Below, piece after piece: positions 15,801 through 30,575 of a stretch of 64,000 nucleotides of DNA (the stretch's first letter is position 1; each line of letters opens with the position of its first letter). The DNA is taken from positions 806,001-870,000 of the forward strand of contig CAXHJY010000928.1 of the NCBI GenBank assembly GCA_964016885.1. The letters run 5' to 3'. This DNA comes from Eledone cirrhosa (Eukaryota). The notes beneath the pieces were generated by a model, which saw only the letters and a list, made by a program, of their open reading frames with translations, was not told the origin of the DNA and searched no databases. The position numbers and the translations under genes were made by a program.

Positions 15801-18800
15801 TACTGGGAGTCAAATTATTGGGAGATAAATTACTGGGTGTTAAATTACTGGGAGTCAAATGACTGGGAGATAAATTACTGGGAGTCAAATTACTGGTAGA
15901 TAAATTACTGGGAGTCAAATTACTGGGAGATAAATTACTGGGAGATAAATTACTGGGAGTCAAATTACTGGGAGATAAATTACTGGGAGATAAATTACTG
16001 GGAGTCAAATTACTGCGAGATAAATTACTGGGAGTCAAATTACTGGGAGATAAATTACTGGGAGATAAATTACTGGGAGTTAAATTATTGGGAGATAAAT
16101 TACTGGGAATCAAATTACAGGGAGGTAAATTACTGGGAGTCAAATTACTGGGAGATAAATTACTGGGAGTTAAATTACTGGGAGATAAATTACTGGGAGT
16201 CAAATTACTGGGAGATAAATTACTGGGAGTCAAATTACTGCAAGATAAATTACTGGGAGTTAAATTACTGGGAAATAAATTACTGGGAGGTAAATTACTG
16301 GGAGATAAATTACTGGAGTTAAATTACTGGGAGATAAATTACTGGGAGTCAAATTACTGGGACATAAATTACTGGGAGTCAAATTACTGGGAGTTAAATT
16401 ACTGGGAGATAAATTACTGGGAGTTAAATTATTGGCAGTCAAATTACTGGGAGATAAATTACTGGGACTCAAATTACTGGGAGATAAATTAATGGGACTC
16501 AAATTACTGGGAGATATATTACTGGGAGTTAAATTACTGGGAGATAAATTACTGGGAGTCAAATTACTGGGAGATAAATTACTGGGAGTCAAATTACTGC
16601 GAGATAAATTACTGGGAGTTAAATTACTGGGAAATAAATTACTGGGAGGTAAATTACTGGGAGATAAATTACTGGAGTTAAATTACTGGGAGATAAATTA
16701 CTGGGAGTCAAATTACTGGGACATAAATTACTGGGAGTCAAATTACTGGGAGATAAATTACTGGGAGTCAAATTACTGGGAGTTAAATTACTGGGAGATA
16801 AATTACTGGGAGTTAAATTACTGGGAGTCAAATTATTGGGAGATAAATTACTGGGAGTCAAATTACTGGGAGATAAATTACTGGGAGTCAAATTACTGGG
16901 AGTTAAATTACTGGGAGATAAATTACTGGGAGTTAAATTATTGGCAGTCAAATTACTGGGAGATAAATTACTGGGACTCAAATTACTGGGAGATAAATTA
17001 ATGGGAGGTAAATTACTGGGAGTTAAATTACTGGGAGTCAAATTACTGGGAGATAAATTACTGGGGGTCAAATTACTGGGAGATAAATTACTGGGAGAAA
17101 AATTACTGGGAGTCAAATTACTGGGAAATAAATTACTGGGAGTTAAATTACTGGGAGATAAATTACTGGGAGTAAAAATTACTGGGAGATAAATTACTGG
17201 GAGTTAAATTACTGAGAGTCAAATTACTGGGAGTCAAATTATTGGGAGATAAATTACTGGGTGTTAAATTACTGGGAGTCAAATGACTGGGAGATAAATT
17301 ACTGGGAGTCAAATTACTGGTAGATAAATTACTGGGAGTCAAATTACTGGGAGATAAATTACTGGGAGATAAATTACTGGGAGTCAAATTACTGGGAGAT
17401 AAATTACTGGGAGATAAATTACTGGGAGTCAAATTACTGCGAGATAAATTACTGGGAGTCAAATTACTGGGAGATAAATTACTGGGAGATAAATTACTGG
17501 GAGTTAAATTATTGGGAGATAAATTACTGGGAATCAAATTACAGGGAGGTAAATTACTGGGAGTCAAATTACTGGGAGATAAATTACTGGGAGTTAAATT
17601 ACTGGGAGATAAATTACTGGGAGTCAAATTACTGGGAGATAAATTACTGGGAGTCAAATTACTGCAAGATAAATTACTGGGAGTTAAATTACTGGGAAAT
17701 AAATTACTGGGAGGTAAATTACTGGGAGATAAATTACTGGAGTTAAATTACTGGGAGATAAATTACTGGGAGTCAAATTACTGGGACATAAATTACTGGG
17801 AGTCAAATTACTGGGAGATAAATTACTGGGAGTCAAATTACTGGGAGTTAAATTACTGGGAGATAAATTACTGGGAGTTAAATTACTGGGAGATAAATTG
17901 CTGGGAGATAAATTACTGGGAGTCAAATTACTGGGAGATAAATTACTGGGACTCAAATTAATAGGCGATAAATTAATGGGAGATAAATTACTGGGAGTCA
18001 AATTACTGGGAGAAAAATTACTGGGAGATATATTACTGGGTGATAAATTACTGGGAGTCAAATTACTGGGAGATAAATTACTGGGAGTCAAATTACTGGG
18101 AGATAAATTACTGGGAGATAAATTACTGGGAGTTAAATTATTGGGAGATAAATTACTGTGAGTCAAATTACTGGGAGATAAATTACTGGGAGTCAAATTA
18201 CTGGGAGATAAATTACTGGGAGTCAAATTATGGGAGTCAAATTACTGGGAGATAAATTACTGGGAGTCAAATTACTGGGAGATAAATTACTGGGAGTCAA
18301 ATTACTGCGAGATAAATTACTGGGAGTCAAATTACTGCGAGATAAATTACTGGGAGTCAAATTACTGGTAGATAAATTACTGGGAGTCAAATTACTGGGA
18401 GATAAATTACTGGGAGATAAATTACTGGGAGTTAAATTATTGGGAGATAAATTACTGGGAGTCAAATTACTGGGAGATAAATTACTGGGAGTCAAATTAC
18501 TGGGAGATAAATTACTGGGAGTCAAATTACTGGGAAATAAATTACTGGGAGTCAAATTACTGCGAGATAAATTACTGGGAGTTAAATTACTGGGAAATAA
18601 ATTACTGGGAGGTAAATTACTGGGAGATAAATTACTGGGAGTAAAAATTACTGGGAGATAAATTACTGGCAGTTAAATTACTGGGAGTCAAATTACTGGG
18701 AGTCAAATTACTGGGAGATAAATTACTGGGTGTTAAATTACTGGGAGTCAAATTATTGGGAGATAAATTACTGGGAGTCAAATTACTGGTAGATAAATTA

Positions 18801-21800
18801 CTGGGAGTTAAATTACTGGGAGATAAATTACTGGGAGATAAATTACTGGGAGATAAATTACTGGGAGTCAAATTACTGGGAGATAAATTACTGGGAGTCA
18901 AATTACTGGGAGTTAAATTACTGGGAGATAAATTACTGGGAGATAAATTACTGGGAGATAAATTAGTGGCAGTTAAATTACTGGGAGATAAATTGCTGGG
19001 AGTTAAATTACTGGGAGATAAATTACTGGGAGTCAAATTACTGGGAGTCAGATTACTGGGAGTTAAATTACTGGGAAATAAATTACTGGGAGTTAAATTA
19101 CTGGGAGTTAAATTACTGGGAGTCAAATTACTGGGAGATAAATTACTGGGAGTCAAATTACTGGGAGATAAATTACTGGGAGTCAAATTACTGGGAGTTA
19201 AATTACTGTGAGATAAATTACTGGGAGTTAAATTACTGGGAGTCAAATTACTGGGAGATAAATTACTGGGACTCAAATTACTGGGAGATAAATTAATGGG
19301 AGATAAATTACTGGGAGTCAAATTACTGGGAGATAAATTACTGGGAGATAAATTACTGGGAGTCAAATTACTGCGAGATAAATTACTGGGAGTCAAATTA
19401 CTGGGAGATAAATTACTGGGAGATAAATTACTGGGAGTTAAATTATTGGGAGATAAATTACTGGGAATCAAATTACTGGGAGATAAATTACTGGGAGTCA
19501 AATTACTGGGAGTCAATTACTGGGAGATAAATTACTGGGAGATAAATTACTGGGAGTTAAATTATTGGGATATAAATTACTGGGAGTCAAATTACTGGGA
19601 GGCAAATTACTGGGAGATAAATTACTGGGAGTCAAATTACTGGGAGATAAATTACTGGGAGTCAAATTACTGGGAGATAAATTACTGGGAGTCAAATTAC
19701 TGCGAGATAAATTACTGGGAGTTAAATTACTGGGAGATAAATTACTGGGAAATAAATTACTGGGAGATAAATTACTGGGAGTCAAATTACAGGGAGATAA
19801 ATTACTGGGAGTCAAATTAGTGGGAGATAAATTACTGGGAGTTAAATTACTGGGAGATAAATTGCTGGGAGTTAAATTACTGGGAGTCAAATTACTGGGA
19901 GATAAATTACTGGGAGTCAAATTACTGGGAGTTAAATTAATGGGAGTTAAATTACTGGGAGATAAATTGCTGGGAGTTAAATTACTGGGAGTAAAATTAC
20001 TGGGAGATAAATTACTGGGGGTCAAATTACTGGGAGATAAATTACTGGGAGAAAAATTACTGGGAGTCAAATTACTGGGAGATAAATTACTGGGAGTTAA
20101 ATTACTGGGAGATAAATTACTGGGAGTAAAAATTACTAGGAGATAAATTACTGGGAGTTAAATTACTGAGAGTCAAATTACTGGGAGATAAATTACTGGG
20201 AGATAAATTACTGGGAGTCAAATTACTGGGAGATAAATTACTGGGAGTTAAATTATTGGGAGATAAATTACTGGGAGTCAAATTACTGGGAGATAAATTA
20301 CTGGGAGTCAAATTACTGGGAGATAAATTACTGGGAGTCAAATTACTGGGAAATAAATTACTGGGAGTCAAATTACTGCCAGATAAATTACTGGGAGTTA
20401 AATTACTGGGAAATAAATTACTGGGAGGTAAATTACTGGGAGATAAATTACTGGGAGTAAAAATTACTGGGAGATAAATTACTGGCAGTTAAATTACTGG
20501 GAGTCAAATTACTGGGAGTCAAATTACTGGGAGATAAATTACTGGGTGTTAAATTACTGGGAGTCAAATTATTGGGAGATAAATTACTGGGAGTCAAATT
20601 ACTGGTAGATAAATTACTGGGAGTTAAATTACTGGGAGATAAATTACTGGGAGATAAATTAGTGGGAGTTAAATTACTGGGAGATAAATTGCTGGGAGTT
20701 AAATTACTGGGAGATAAATTACTGGGAGTAAAAATTACTGGGAGATAAATTACTGGGAGTTAAATTACTGAGAGTCAAATTACTGGGAGTCAAATTATTG
20801 GGAGATAAATTACTGGGTGTTAAATTACTGGGAGTCAAATGACTGGGAGATAAATTACTGGGAGTCAAATTACTGGGAGATAAATTACTGCGAGATAAAT
20901 TACTGGGAGTCAAATTACTGCGAGATAAATTACTGGGAGTCAAATTACTGGGAGATAAATTACTGGGAGATAAATTACTGGGACTCAAATTACTGGGAGA
21001 TAAATTACTGGGAGTTAAATTACTGGGAGTCAAATTACTGGGAGAAAAATTACTGGGAGTCAAATTTCTGGGAGTCAAATTACTGGGAGTCAAATTACTG
21101 GGAGATAAATTACTGGGAGTTAAATTATTGGGAGATAAATTACTGGGTGTCAAATTACTGGGAGATAAATTACTGGGAGTCAAATTACTGGGAGATAAAT
21201 TACTGGGAGTCAAATTACTGAGAGATAAACTACTGGGAGATAAATTACTGGGAGTCAAATTACTGCGAGATAAATTACTGCGAGATAAATTACTGGGAGA
21301 TAAATTACAGGGAGTCAAATTACTGGGAGATAAATTACTGGGAGATAAATTACTGGGAATCAAATTACTGGGAGATAAATTACTGGGAGTCAAATTACTG
21401 GGAGTTAAATTACTGGGAGATAAATTACTGGGAGTTAAATTACTGGGAGTCAAATTACTGGTAGATAAATTACTGGGACTCAAATTACTGGGAGATAAAT
21501 TAATAGGAGATAAATTACTGGGAGTTAAATTACTGGGAGTCAAATTACAGGGAGATAAATTACTGGGAGTCAAATTATTGGGAGATTAATTACTGGGAGT
21601 CAAATTAGTGGGAGATAAATTACTGGGAGTCAAATTACTGGGAGATAAATTACTGGGAGTTAAATTACTGGGAGATAAATTACTGGGAGTTAAATTACTG
21701 GGAGATAAATTACTGGGAGTAAAAATTACTGGGAGATAAATTACTGGGAGTTAAATTACTGAGAGTCAAATTACTGGGAGTCAAATTATTGGGAGATAAA

Positions 21801-24775
21801 TTACTGGGTGTTAAATTACTGGTAGTCAAATGACTGGGAGATAAATTACTGGGAGTCAAATTACTGGTAGATAAATTACTGGGAGTCAAATTACTGGGAG
21901 TTAAATTACTGGGAGATAAATTACTGGGAGTTAAATTACTGGGAGTCAAATTACTGGGAGATAAATTACTGGGACTCAAATTACTGGGAGATAAATTAAT
22001 GGGAGATAAATTACTGGGAGTTAAATTACTGGGAGTCAAATTACTGGGAGATAAATTACTGGGGGTCAAATTACTGGGAGATAAATTACTGGGAGAAAAA
22101 TTACTGGGAGTCAAATTACTGGGAGATAAATTACTGGGAGTTAAATTACTGGGAGATAAATTACTGGGAGTAAAAATTACTGGGAGATAAATTACTGGGA
22201 GTTAAATTACTGTGAGTTCAATTACTGGGAGATAAATTACTGGGAGTCAAATTACTGCGAGATAAATTACTGGGAGTTAAATTACTGGGAAATAAATTAC
22301 TGGGAGATAAATTACTGGGAGTTAAATTACTGGGAGATAAATTACTGGGAGTAAAAATGACTGGGAGATAAATTACTGGGAGATAAATTACTGTGAGTTC
22401 AATTACTGGGAGATAAATTAATGGGAGTCAAATTACTGCGAGATAAATTACTGGGAGTTAAATTACTGGGAAATAAATTACTGGGAGATAAATTACTGGG
22501 AGATAAATTACTGGGAGTCAAATTACACGGAGATAAATTACTGGGAGTCAAATTACTGGGAGATAAATTACTGGGAGTCAAATTACTGGGAGATAAATTA
22601 CTGGGAGATAAATTACTGGGAGTCAAATTACTGGGAGATAAATTACTGGGAGATAAATTACTGGGAGTCAAATTACTGCGAGATAAATTACTGGGAGTCA
22701 AATTACTGGGAGATAAATTACTGGGAGATAAATTACTGGGAGTTAAATTATTGGAAGATAAATTACTGGGAATCAAATTACTGGGAGATAAATTACTGGG
22801 AGTCAAATTACTGGGAGTCAATTACTGGGAGATAAATTACTGGGAGATAAATTACTGGGAGATAAATTACTGGGAGTCAAATTACTGGGAGATAAATTAC
22901 TGGGAGTCAAATTACTGCGAGATAAATTACTGGGAGTTAAATTACTGGGAGATAAATTACTGGGAAATAAATTACTGGGAGATAAATTACTGGGAGTCAA
23001 ATTACAGGGAGATAAATTACTGGGAGTCAAATTAGTGGGAGATAAATTACTGGGAGTTAAATTACTGGGAGATAAATTGCTGGGAGTTAAATTACTGGGA
23101 GTCAAATTACTGGGAGATAAATTACTGGGAGATAAATTGCTGGGAGTTAAATTACTGGGAGTCAAATTACTGGGAGATAAATTACTGGGGGTCAAATTAC
23201 TGGGAGATAAATTACTGGGAGAAAAATTACTGGGAGTCAAATTACTGGGAGATAAATTACTGGGAGTTAAAATACTGGGAGATAAATTACTGGGAGTAAA
23301 AATTACTAGGAGATAAATTACTGGGAGTTAAATTACTGAGAGTCAAATTACTGGGAGATAAATTACTGGGAGATAAATTACTGGGAGTCAAATTACTGGG
23401 AGATAAATTACTGGGAGATAAATTACTGGGAGTTAAATTATTGGGAGATAAATTACTGGGAGTCAAATTACTGGGAGATAAATTACTGGGAGTCAAATTA
23501 CTGGGAGATAAATTACTGGGAGTCAAATTACTGGGAAATAAATTACTGGGAGTCAAATTACTGCCAGATAAATTACTGGGAAATAAATTACTGGGAGGTA
23601 AATTACTGGGAGATAAATTACTGGGAGTAAAAATTACTGGGAGATAAATTACTGGCAGTTAAATTACTGGGAGTCAAATTACTGGGAGTCAAATTACTGG
23701 GAGATAAATTACTGGGTGTTAAATTACTGGGAGTCAAATTATTGGGAGATAAATTACTGGGAGTCAAATTACTGGTAGATAAATTACTGGGAGTTAAATT
23801 ACTGGGAGATAAATTACTGGGAGATAAATTAGTGGGAGTTAAATTACTGGGAGATAAATTGCTGGGAGTTAAATTACTGGGAGATAAATTACTGGGAGTA
23901 AAAATTACTGGGAGATAAATTACTGGGAGTTAAATTACTGAGAGTCAAATTACTGGGAGTCAAATTATTGGGAGATAAATTACTGGGTGTTAAATTACTG
24001 GGAGTCAAATGACTGGGAGATAAATTACTGGGAGTCAAATTACTGGGAGATAAATTACTGGGAGATAAATTACTGGGAGTCAAATTACTGCGAGATAAAT
24101 TACTGGGAGTCAAATTACTGGGAGATAAATTACTGGGAGATAAATTACTGGGACTCAAATTACTGGGAGATAAATTACTGGGAGTTAAATTACTGGGAGT
24201 CAAATTACTGGGAGAAAAATTACTGGGAGTCAAATTACTGGTAGATAAATTACTGGGACTCAAATTACTGGGAGATAAATTAATAGGAGATAAATTACTG
24301 GGAGTTAAATTACTGGGAGTCAAATTACAGGGAGATAAATTACTGGGAGTCAAATTACTGGGAGATTAATTACTGGGAGTCAAATTAGTGGGAGATAAAT
24401 TACTGGGAGTCAAATTACTGGGAGATAAATTACTGGGAGTTAAATTACTGGGAGATAAATTACTGGGAGTTAAATTACTGGGAGATAAATTACTGGGAGT
24501 AAAAATTACTGGGAGATAAATTACTGGGAGTTAAATTACTGAGAGTCAAATTACTGGGAGTCAAATTATTGGGAGATAAATTACTGGGTGTTAAATTACT
24601 GGGAGTCAAATGACTGGGAGATAAATTACTGGGAGTCAAATTACTGGTAGATAAATTACTGGGGGTCAAATTACTGGGAGATAAATTACTGGGAGTTAAA
24701 TTACTGGGAGTCAAATTACTGGGAGATAAATTACTGGGAGTCAAATTACTGGGAGATAAATTACTGGGAGTCAAA
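12896..24775 (+). repeat. Large higher-order repeat, copy 2 (contains an extra 1,424-bp duplication)
   Basis: Collinear rare variants with 1-10515, e.g. ATAGGCGAT 3642/17961 and TAAAAATGAC ~8048/~22352. Confidence 0.93.
14960..17800 (+). repeat. 1,424-bp tandem duplication (2 copies)
   Basis: Landmarks 15068->16492, 15195->16619 and 15739->17163 are all +1,424. This explains the offset jump from 12,895 to 14,319. Boundaries are approximate. Confidence 0.85.
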
Positions 24776-27570
24776 TTACTGGGAGTTAAATTACTGGGAG
24801 ATAAATTACTGGGAGTTAAATTACTGGGAGTCAAATTACTGGTAGATAAATTACTGGGACTCAAATTACTGGGAGATAAATTAATAGGAGATAAATTACT
24901 GGGAGTTAAATTACTGGGAGTCAAATTACAGGGAGATAAATTACTGGGAGTCAAATTACTGGGAGATTAATTACTGGGAGTCAAATTAGTGGGAGATAAA
25001 TTACTGGGAGTCAAATTACTGGGAGATAAATTACTGGGAGTTAAATTACTGGGAGATAAATTACTGGGAGTTAAATTACTGGGAGATAAATTACTGGGAG
25101 TAAAAATTACTGGGAGATAAATTACTGGGAGTTAAATTACTGAGAGTCAAATTACTGGGAGTCAAATTATTGGGAGATAAATTACTGGGTGTTAAATTAC
25201 TGGGAGTCAAATGACTGGGAGATAAATTACTGGGAGTCAAATTACTGGGAGATAAATTACTGGGAGTCAAATTACTGGGAGTTAAATTACTGGGAGATAA
25301 ATTACTGGGAGTTAAATTACTGGGAGTCAAATTACTGGGAGATAAATTACTGGGGGTCAAATTACTGGGAGATAAATTACTGGGAGAAAAATTACTGGGA
25401 GTCAAATTACTGGGAGATAAATTACTGGGAGTTAAATTACTGGGAGATAAATTACTGGGAGTAAAAATTACTGGGAGATAAATTACTGGGAGTTAAATTA
25501 CTGTGAGTTCAATTACTGGGAGATAAATTACTGGGAGTCAAATTACTGCGAGATAAATTACTGGGAGTTAAATTACTGGGAAATAAATTACTGGGAGATA
25601 AATTACTGGGAGTTAAATTACTGGGAGATAAATTACTGGGAGTAAAAATTACTGGGAGATAAATTACTGGGAGATAAATTACTGTGAGTTCAATTACTGG
25701 GAGATAAATTACTGGGAGTCAAATTACTGCGAGATAAATTACTGGGAGTTAAATTACTGGGAAATAAATTACTGGGAGATAAATTACTGGGAGATAAATT
25801 ACTGGGAGTCAAATTACACGGAGATAAATTACTGGGAGTCAAATTACTGGGAGATAAATTACTGGGAGTCAAATTACTGGGAGATAAATTACTGGGAGAT
25901 AAATTACTGGGAGTCAAATTACTGGGAGATAAATTACTGGGAGATAAATTACTGGGAGTCAAATTACTGCGAGATAAATTACTGGGAGTCAAATTACTGG
26001 GAGATAAATTACTGGGAGATAAATTACTGGGAGTTAAATTATTGGGAGATAAATTACTGGGAATCAAATTACTGGGAGATAAATTACTGGGAGTCAAATT
26101 ACTGGGAGTTAAATTATTGGGATATAAATTACTGGGAGTCAAATTACTGGGAGGCAAATTACTGGGAGATAAATTACTGGGACTCAAATTACTGGGAGAT
26201 AAATTAATAGGAGATAAATTACTGGGAGTTAAATTACTGGGAGTCAAATTACAGGGAGATAAATTACTGGGAGTCAAATTACTGGGAGATTAATTACTGG
26301 GAGTCAAATTAGTGGGAGATAAATTACTGGGAGTCAAATTACTGGGAGATAAATTACTGGGAGTTAAATTACTGGGAGATAAATTACTGGGAGTTAAATT
26401 ACTGGGAGATAAATTACTGGGAGTAAAAATTACTGGGAGATAAATTACTGGGAGTTAAATTACTGAGAGTCAAATTACTGGGAGTCAAATTATTGGGAGA
26501 TAAATTACTGGGTGTTAAATTACTGGGAGTCAAATGACTGGGAGATAAATTACTGGGAGTCAAATTACTGGTAGATAAATTACTGGGGGTCAAATTACTG
26601 GGAGATAAATTACTGGGAGTTAAATTACTGGGAGTCAAATTACTGGGAGATAAATTACTGGGAGTCAAATTACTGGGAGATAAATTACTGGGAGTCAAAT
26701 TACTGGGAGTTAAATTACTGGGAGATAAATTACTGGGAGTTAAATTACTGGGTGTCAAATTACTGGTAGATAAATTACTGGGACTCAAATTACTGGGAGA
26801 TAAATTAATAGGAGATAAATTACTGGGAGTTAAATTACTGGGAGTCAAATTACAGGGAGATAAATTACTGGGAGTCAAATTACTGGGAGATTAATTACTG
26901 GGAGTCAAATTAGTGGGAGATAAATTACTGGGAGTCAAATTACTGGGAGATAAATTACTGGGAGTTAAATTACTGGGAGATAAATTACTGGGAGTTAAAT
27001 TACTGGGAGATAAATTACTGGGAGTAAAAATTACTGGGAGATAAATTACTGGGAGTTAAATTACTGAGAGTCAAATTACTGGGAGTCAAATTATTGGGAG
27101 ATAAATTACTGGGTGTTAAATTACTGGGAGTCAAATGACTGGGAGATAAATTACTGGGAGTCAAATTACTGGTAGATAAATTACTGGGGGTCAAATTACT
27201 GGGAGATATATTACTGGGAGTTAAATTACTGGGAGTCAAATTACTGGGAGATAAATTACTGGGAGTCAAATTACTGGGAGATAAATTACTGGGAGTCAAA
27301 TTACTGGGAGTTAAATTACTGGGAGATAAATTACTGGGAGTTAAATTACTGGGAGTCAAATTACTGGGAGATAAATTACTGGGACTCAAATTACTGGGAG
27401 ATAAATTAATGGGAGATAAATTACTGGGAGTTAAATTACTGGGAGTCAAATTACTGGGAGATAAATTACTGGGGGTCAAATTACTGGGAGATAAATTACT
27501 GGGAGAAAAATTACTGGGAGTCAAATTACTGGGAGATAAATTACTGGGAGTTAAATTACTGGGAGATAAA
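23889..27570 (+). repeat. Cluster of 601-bp (40-monomer) units within a ~1.92-kb duplication
   Basis: 16-bp marker units at 23889, 24490, 25091 (+601, +601) and 26414, 27015 (+601); 24490->26414 and 25091->27015 are +1,924. Units share the tail ATAGGAG...ACAGGG...GATTAA...AGTGGG. Confidence 0.8.
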
Positions 27571-30500
27571 TTACTGGGAGTAAAAATTACTGGGAGATAA
27601 ATTACTGGGAGTTAAATTACTGTGAGTTCAATTACTGGGAGATAAATTACTGGGAGTCAAATTACTGCGAGATAAATTACTGGGAGTTAAATTACTGGGA
27701 AATAAATTACTGGGAGATAAATTACTGGGAGTTAAATTACTGGGAGATAAATTACTGGGAGTAAAAATTACTGGGAGATAAATTACTGGGAGATAAATTA
27801 CTGTGAGTTCAATTACTGGGAGATAAATTACTGGGAGTCAAATTACTGCGAGATAAATTACTGGGAGTTAAATTACTGGGAAATAAATTACTGGGAGATA
27901 AATTACTGGGAGATAAATTACTGGGAGTCAAATTACACGGAGATAAATTACTGGGAGTCAAATTACTGGGAGATAAATTACTGGGAGTCAAATTACTGGG
28001 AGATAAATTACTGGGAGATAAATTACTGGGAGTCAAATTACTGGGAGATAAATTACTGGGAGATAAATTACTGGGAGTCAAATTACTGCGAGATAAATTA
28101 CTGGGAGTCAAATTACTGGGAGATAAATTACTGGGAGATAAATTACTGGGAGTTAAATTATTGGGAGATAAATTACTGCGAATCAAATTACTGGGAGATA
28201 AATTACTGGGAGTCAAATTACTGGGAGTCAACTACTGGGAGATAAATTACTGGGAGATAAATTACTGGGAGTCAAATTACTGGGAGATAAATTACTGGGA
28301 GTCAAATTACTGGGAGTTAAATTAATGGGAGTTAAATTACTGGGAGATAAATTGCTGGGAGTTAAATTACTGGGAGTCAAATTACTGGGAGATAAATTAC
28401 TGGGGGTCAAATTACTGGGAGATAAATTACTGGGAGAAAAATTACTGGGAGTCAAATTACTGGGAGATAAATTACTGGGAGTTAAATTACTGGGAGATAA
28501 ATTACTGGGAGTAAAAATTACTAGGAGATAAATTACTGTGAGTTAAATTACTGAGAGTCAAATTACTGGGAGATAAATTACTGGGAGATAAATTACTGGG
28601 AGTCAAATTACTGGGAGATAAATTACTGGGAGATAAATTACTGGGAGTTAAATTATTGGGAGATAAATTACTGGGAGTCAAATTACTGGGAGATAAATTA
28701 CTGGGAGTCAAATTACTGGGAGATAAATTACTGGGAGTCAAATTACTGGGAAATAAATTACTGGGAGTCAAATTACTGCCAGATAAATTACTGGGAGTTA
28801 AATTACTGGGAAATAAATTACTGGGAGGTAAATTACTGGGAGATAAATTACTGGGAGTAAAAATTACTGGGAGATAAATTACTGGCAGTTAAATTACTGG
28901 GAGTCAAATTACTGGGAGTCAAATTACTGGGAGATAAATTACTGGGTGTTAAATTACTGGGAGTCAAATTATTGGGAGATAAATTACTGGGAGTCAAATT
29001 ACTGGTAGATAAATTACTGGGAGTTAAATTACTGGGAGATAAATTACTGGGAGATAAATTAGTGGGAGTTAAATTACTGGGAGATAAATTGCTGGGAGTT
29101 AAATTACTGGGAGATAAATTACTGGGAGTAAAAATTACTGGGAGATAAATTACTGGGAGTTAAATTACTGAGAGTCAAATTACTGGGAGTCAAATTATTG
29201 GGAGATAAATTACTGGGTGTTAAATTACTGGGAGTCAAATGACTGGGAGATAAATTACTGGGAGTCAAATTACTGGGAGATAAATTACTGGGAGATAAAT
29301 TACTGGGAGTTAAATTACTGGGAGTCAAATTACTGGGAGAAAAATTACTGGGAGTCAAATTTCTGGGAGTCAAATTACTGGGAGTCAAATTACTGGGAGA
29401 TAAATTACTGGGAGTTAAATTATTGGGAGATAAATTACTGGGTGTCAAATTACTGGGAGATAAATTACTGGGAGTCAAATTACTGGGAGATAAATTACTG
29501 GGAGTCAAATTACTGAGAGATAAACTACTGGGAGATAAATTACTGGGAGTCAAATTACTGCGAGATAAATTACTGCGAGATAAATTACTGGGAGATAAAT
29601 TACTGGGAGTCAAATTACTGGGAGATAAATTACTGGGAGATAAATTACTGGGAGATAAATTACTGGGAATCAAATTACTGGGAGATAAATTACTGGGAGT
29701 CAAATTACTGGGAGTTAAATTACTGGGAGATAAATTACTGGGAGTTAAATTACTGGGAGTCAAATTACTGGTAGATAAATTACTGGGACTCAAATTACTG
29801 GGAGATAAATTAATAGGAGATAAATTACTGGGAGTTAAATTACTGGGAGTCAAATTACAGGGAGATAAATTACTGGGAGTCAAATTACTGGGAGATTAAT
29901 TACTGGGAGTCAAATTAGTGGGAGATAAATTACTGGGAGTCAAATTACTGGGAGATAAATTACTGGGAGTTAAATTACTGGGAGATAAATTACTGGGAGT
30001 TAAATTACTGGGAGATAAATTACTGGGAGTAAAAATTACTGGGAGATAAATTACTGGGAGTTAAATTACTGAGAGTCAAATTACTGGGAGTCAAATTATT
30101 GGGAGATAAATTACTGGGTGTTAAATTACTGGGAGTCAAATGACTGGGAGATAAATTACTGGGAGTCAAATTACTGGTAGATAAATTACTGGGGGTCAAA
30201 TTACTGGGAGATAAATTACTGGGAGTTAAATTACTGGGAGTCAAATTACTGGGAGATAAATTACTGGGAGTCAAATTACTGGGAGATAAATTACTGGGAG
30301 TCAAATTACTGGGAGTTAAATTACTGGGAGATAAATTACTGGGAGTTAAATTACTGGGAGTCAAATTACTGGGAGATAAATTACTGGGACTCAAATTACT
30401 GGGAGATAAATTAATGGGAGATAAATTACTGGGAGTTAAATTACTGGGAGTCAAATTACTGGGAGATAAATTACTGGGGGTCAAATTACTGGGAGATAAA

Positions 30501-30575
30501 TTACTGGGAGAAAAATTACTGGGAGTCAAATTACTGGGAGATAAATTACTGGGAGTTAAATTACTGGGAGATAAA

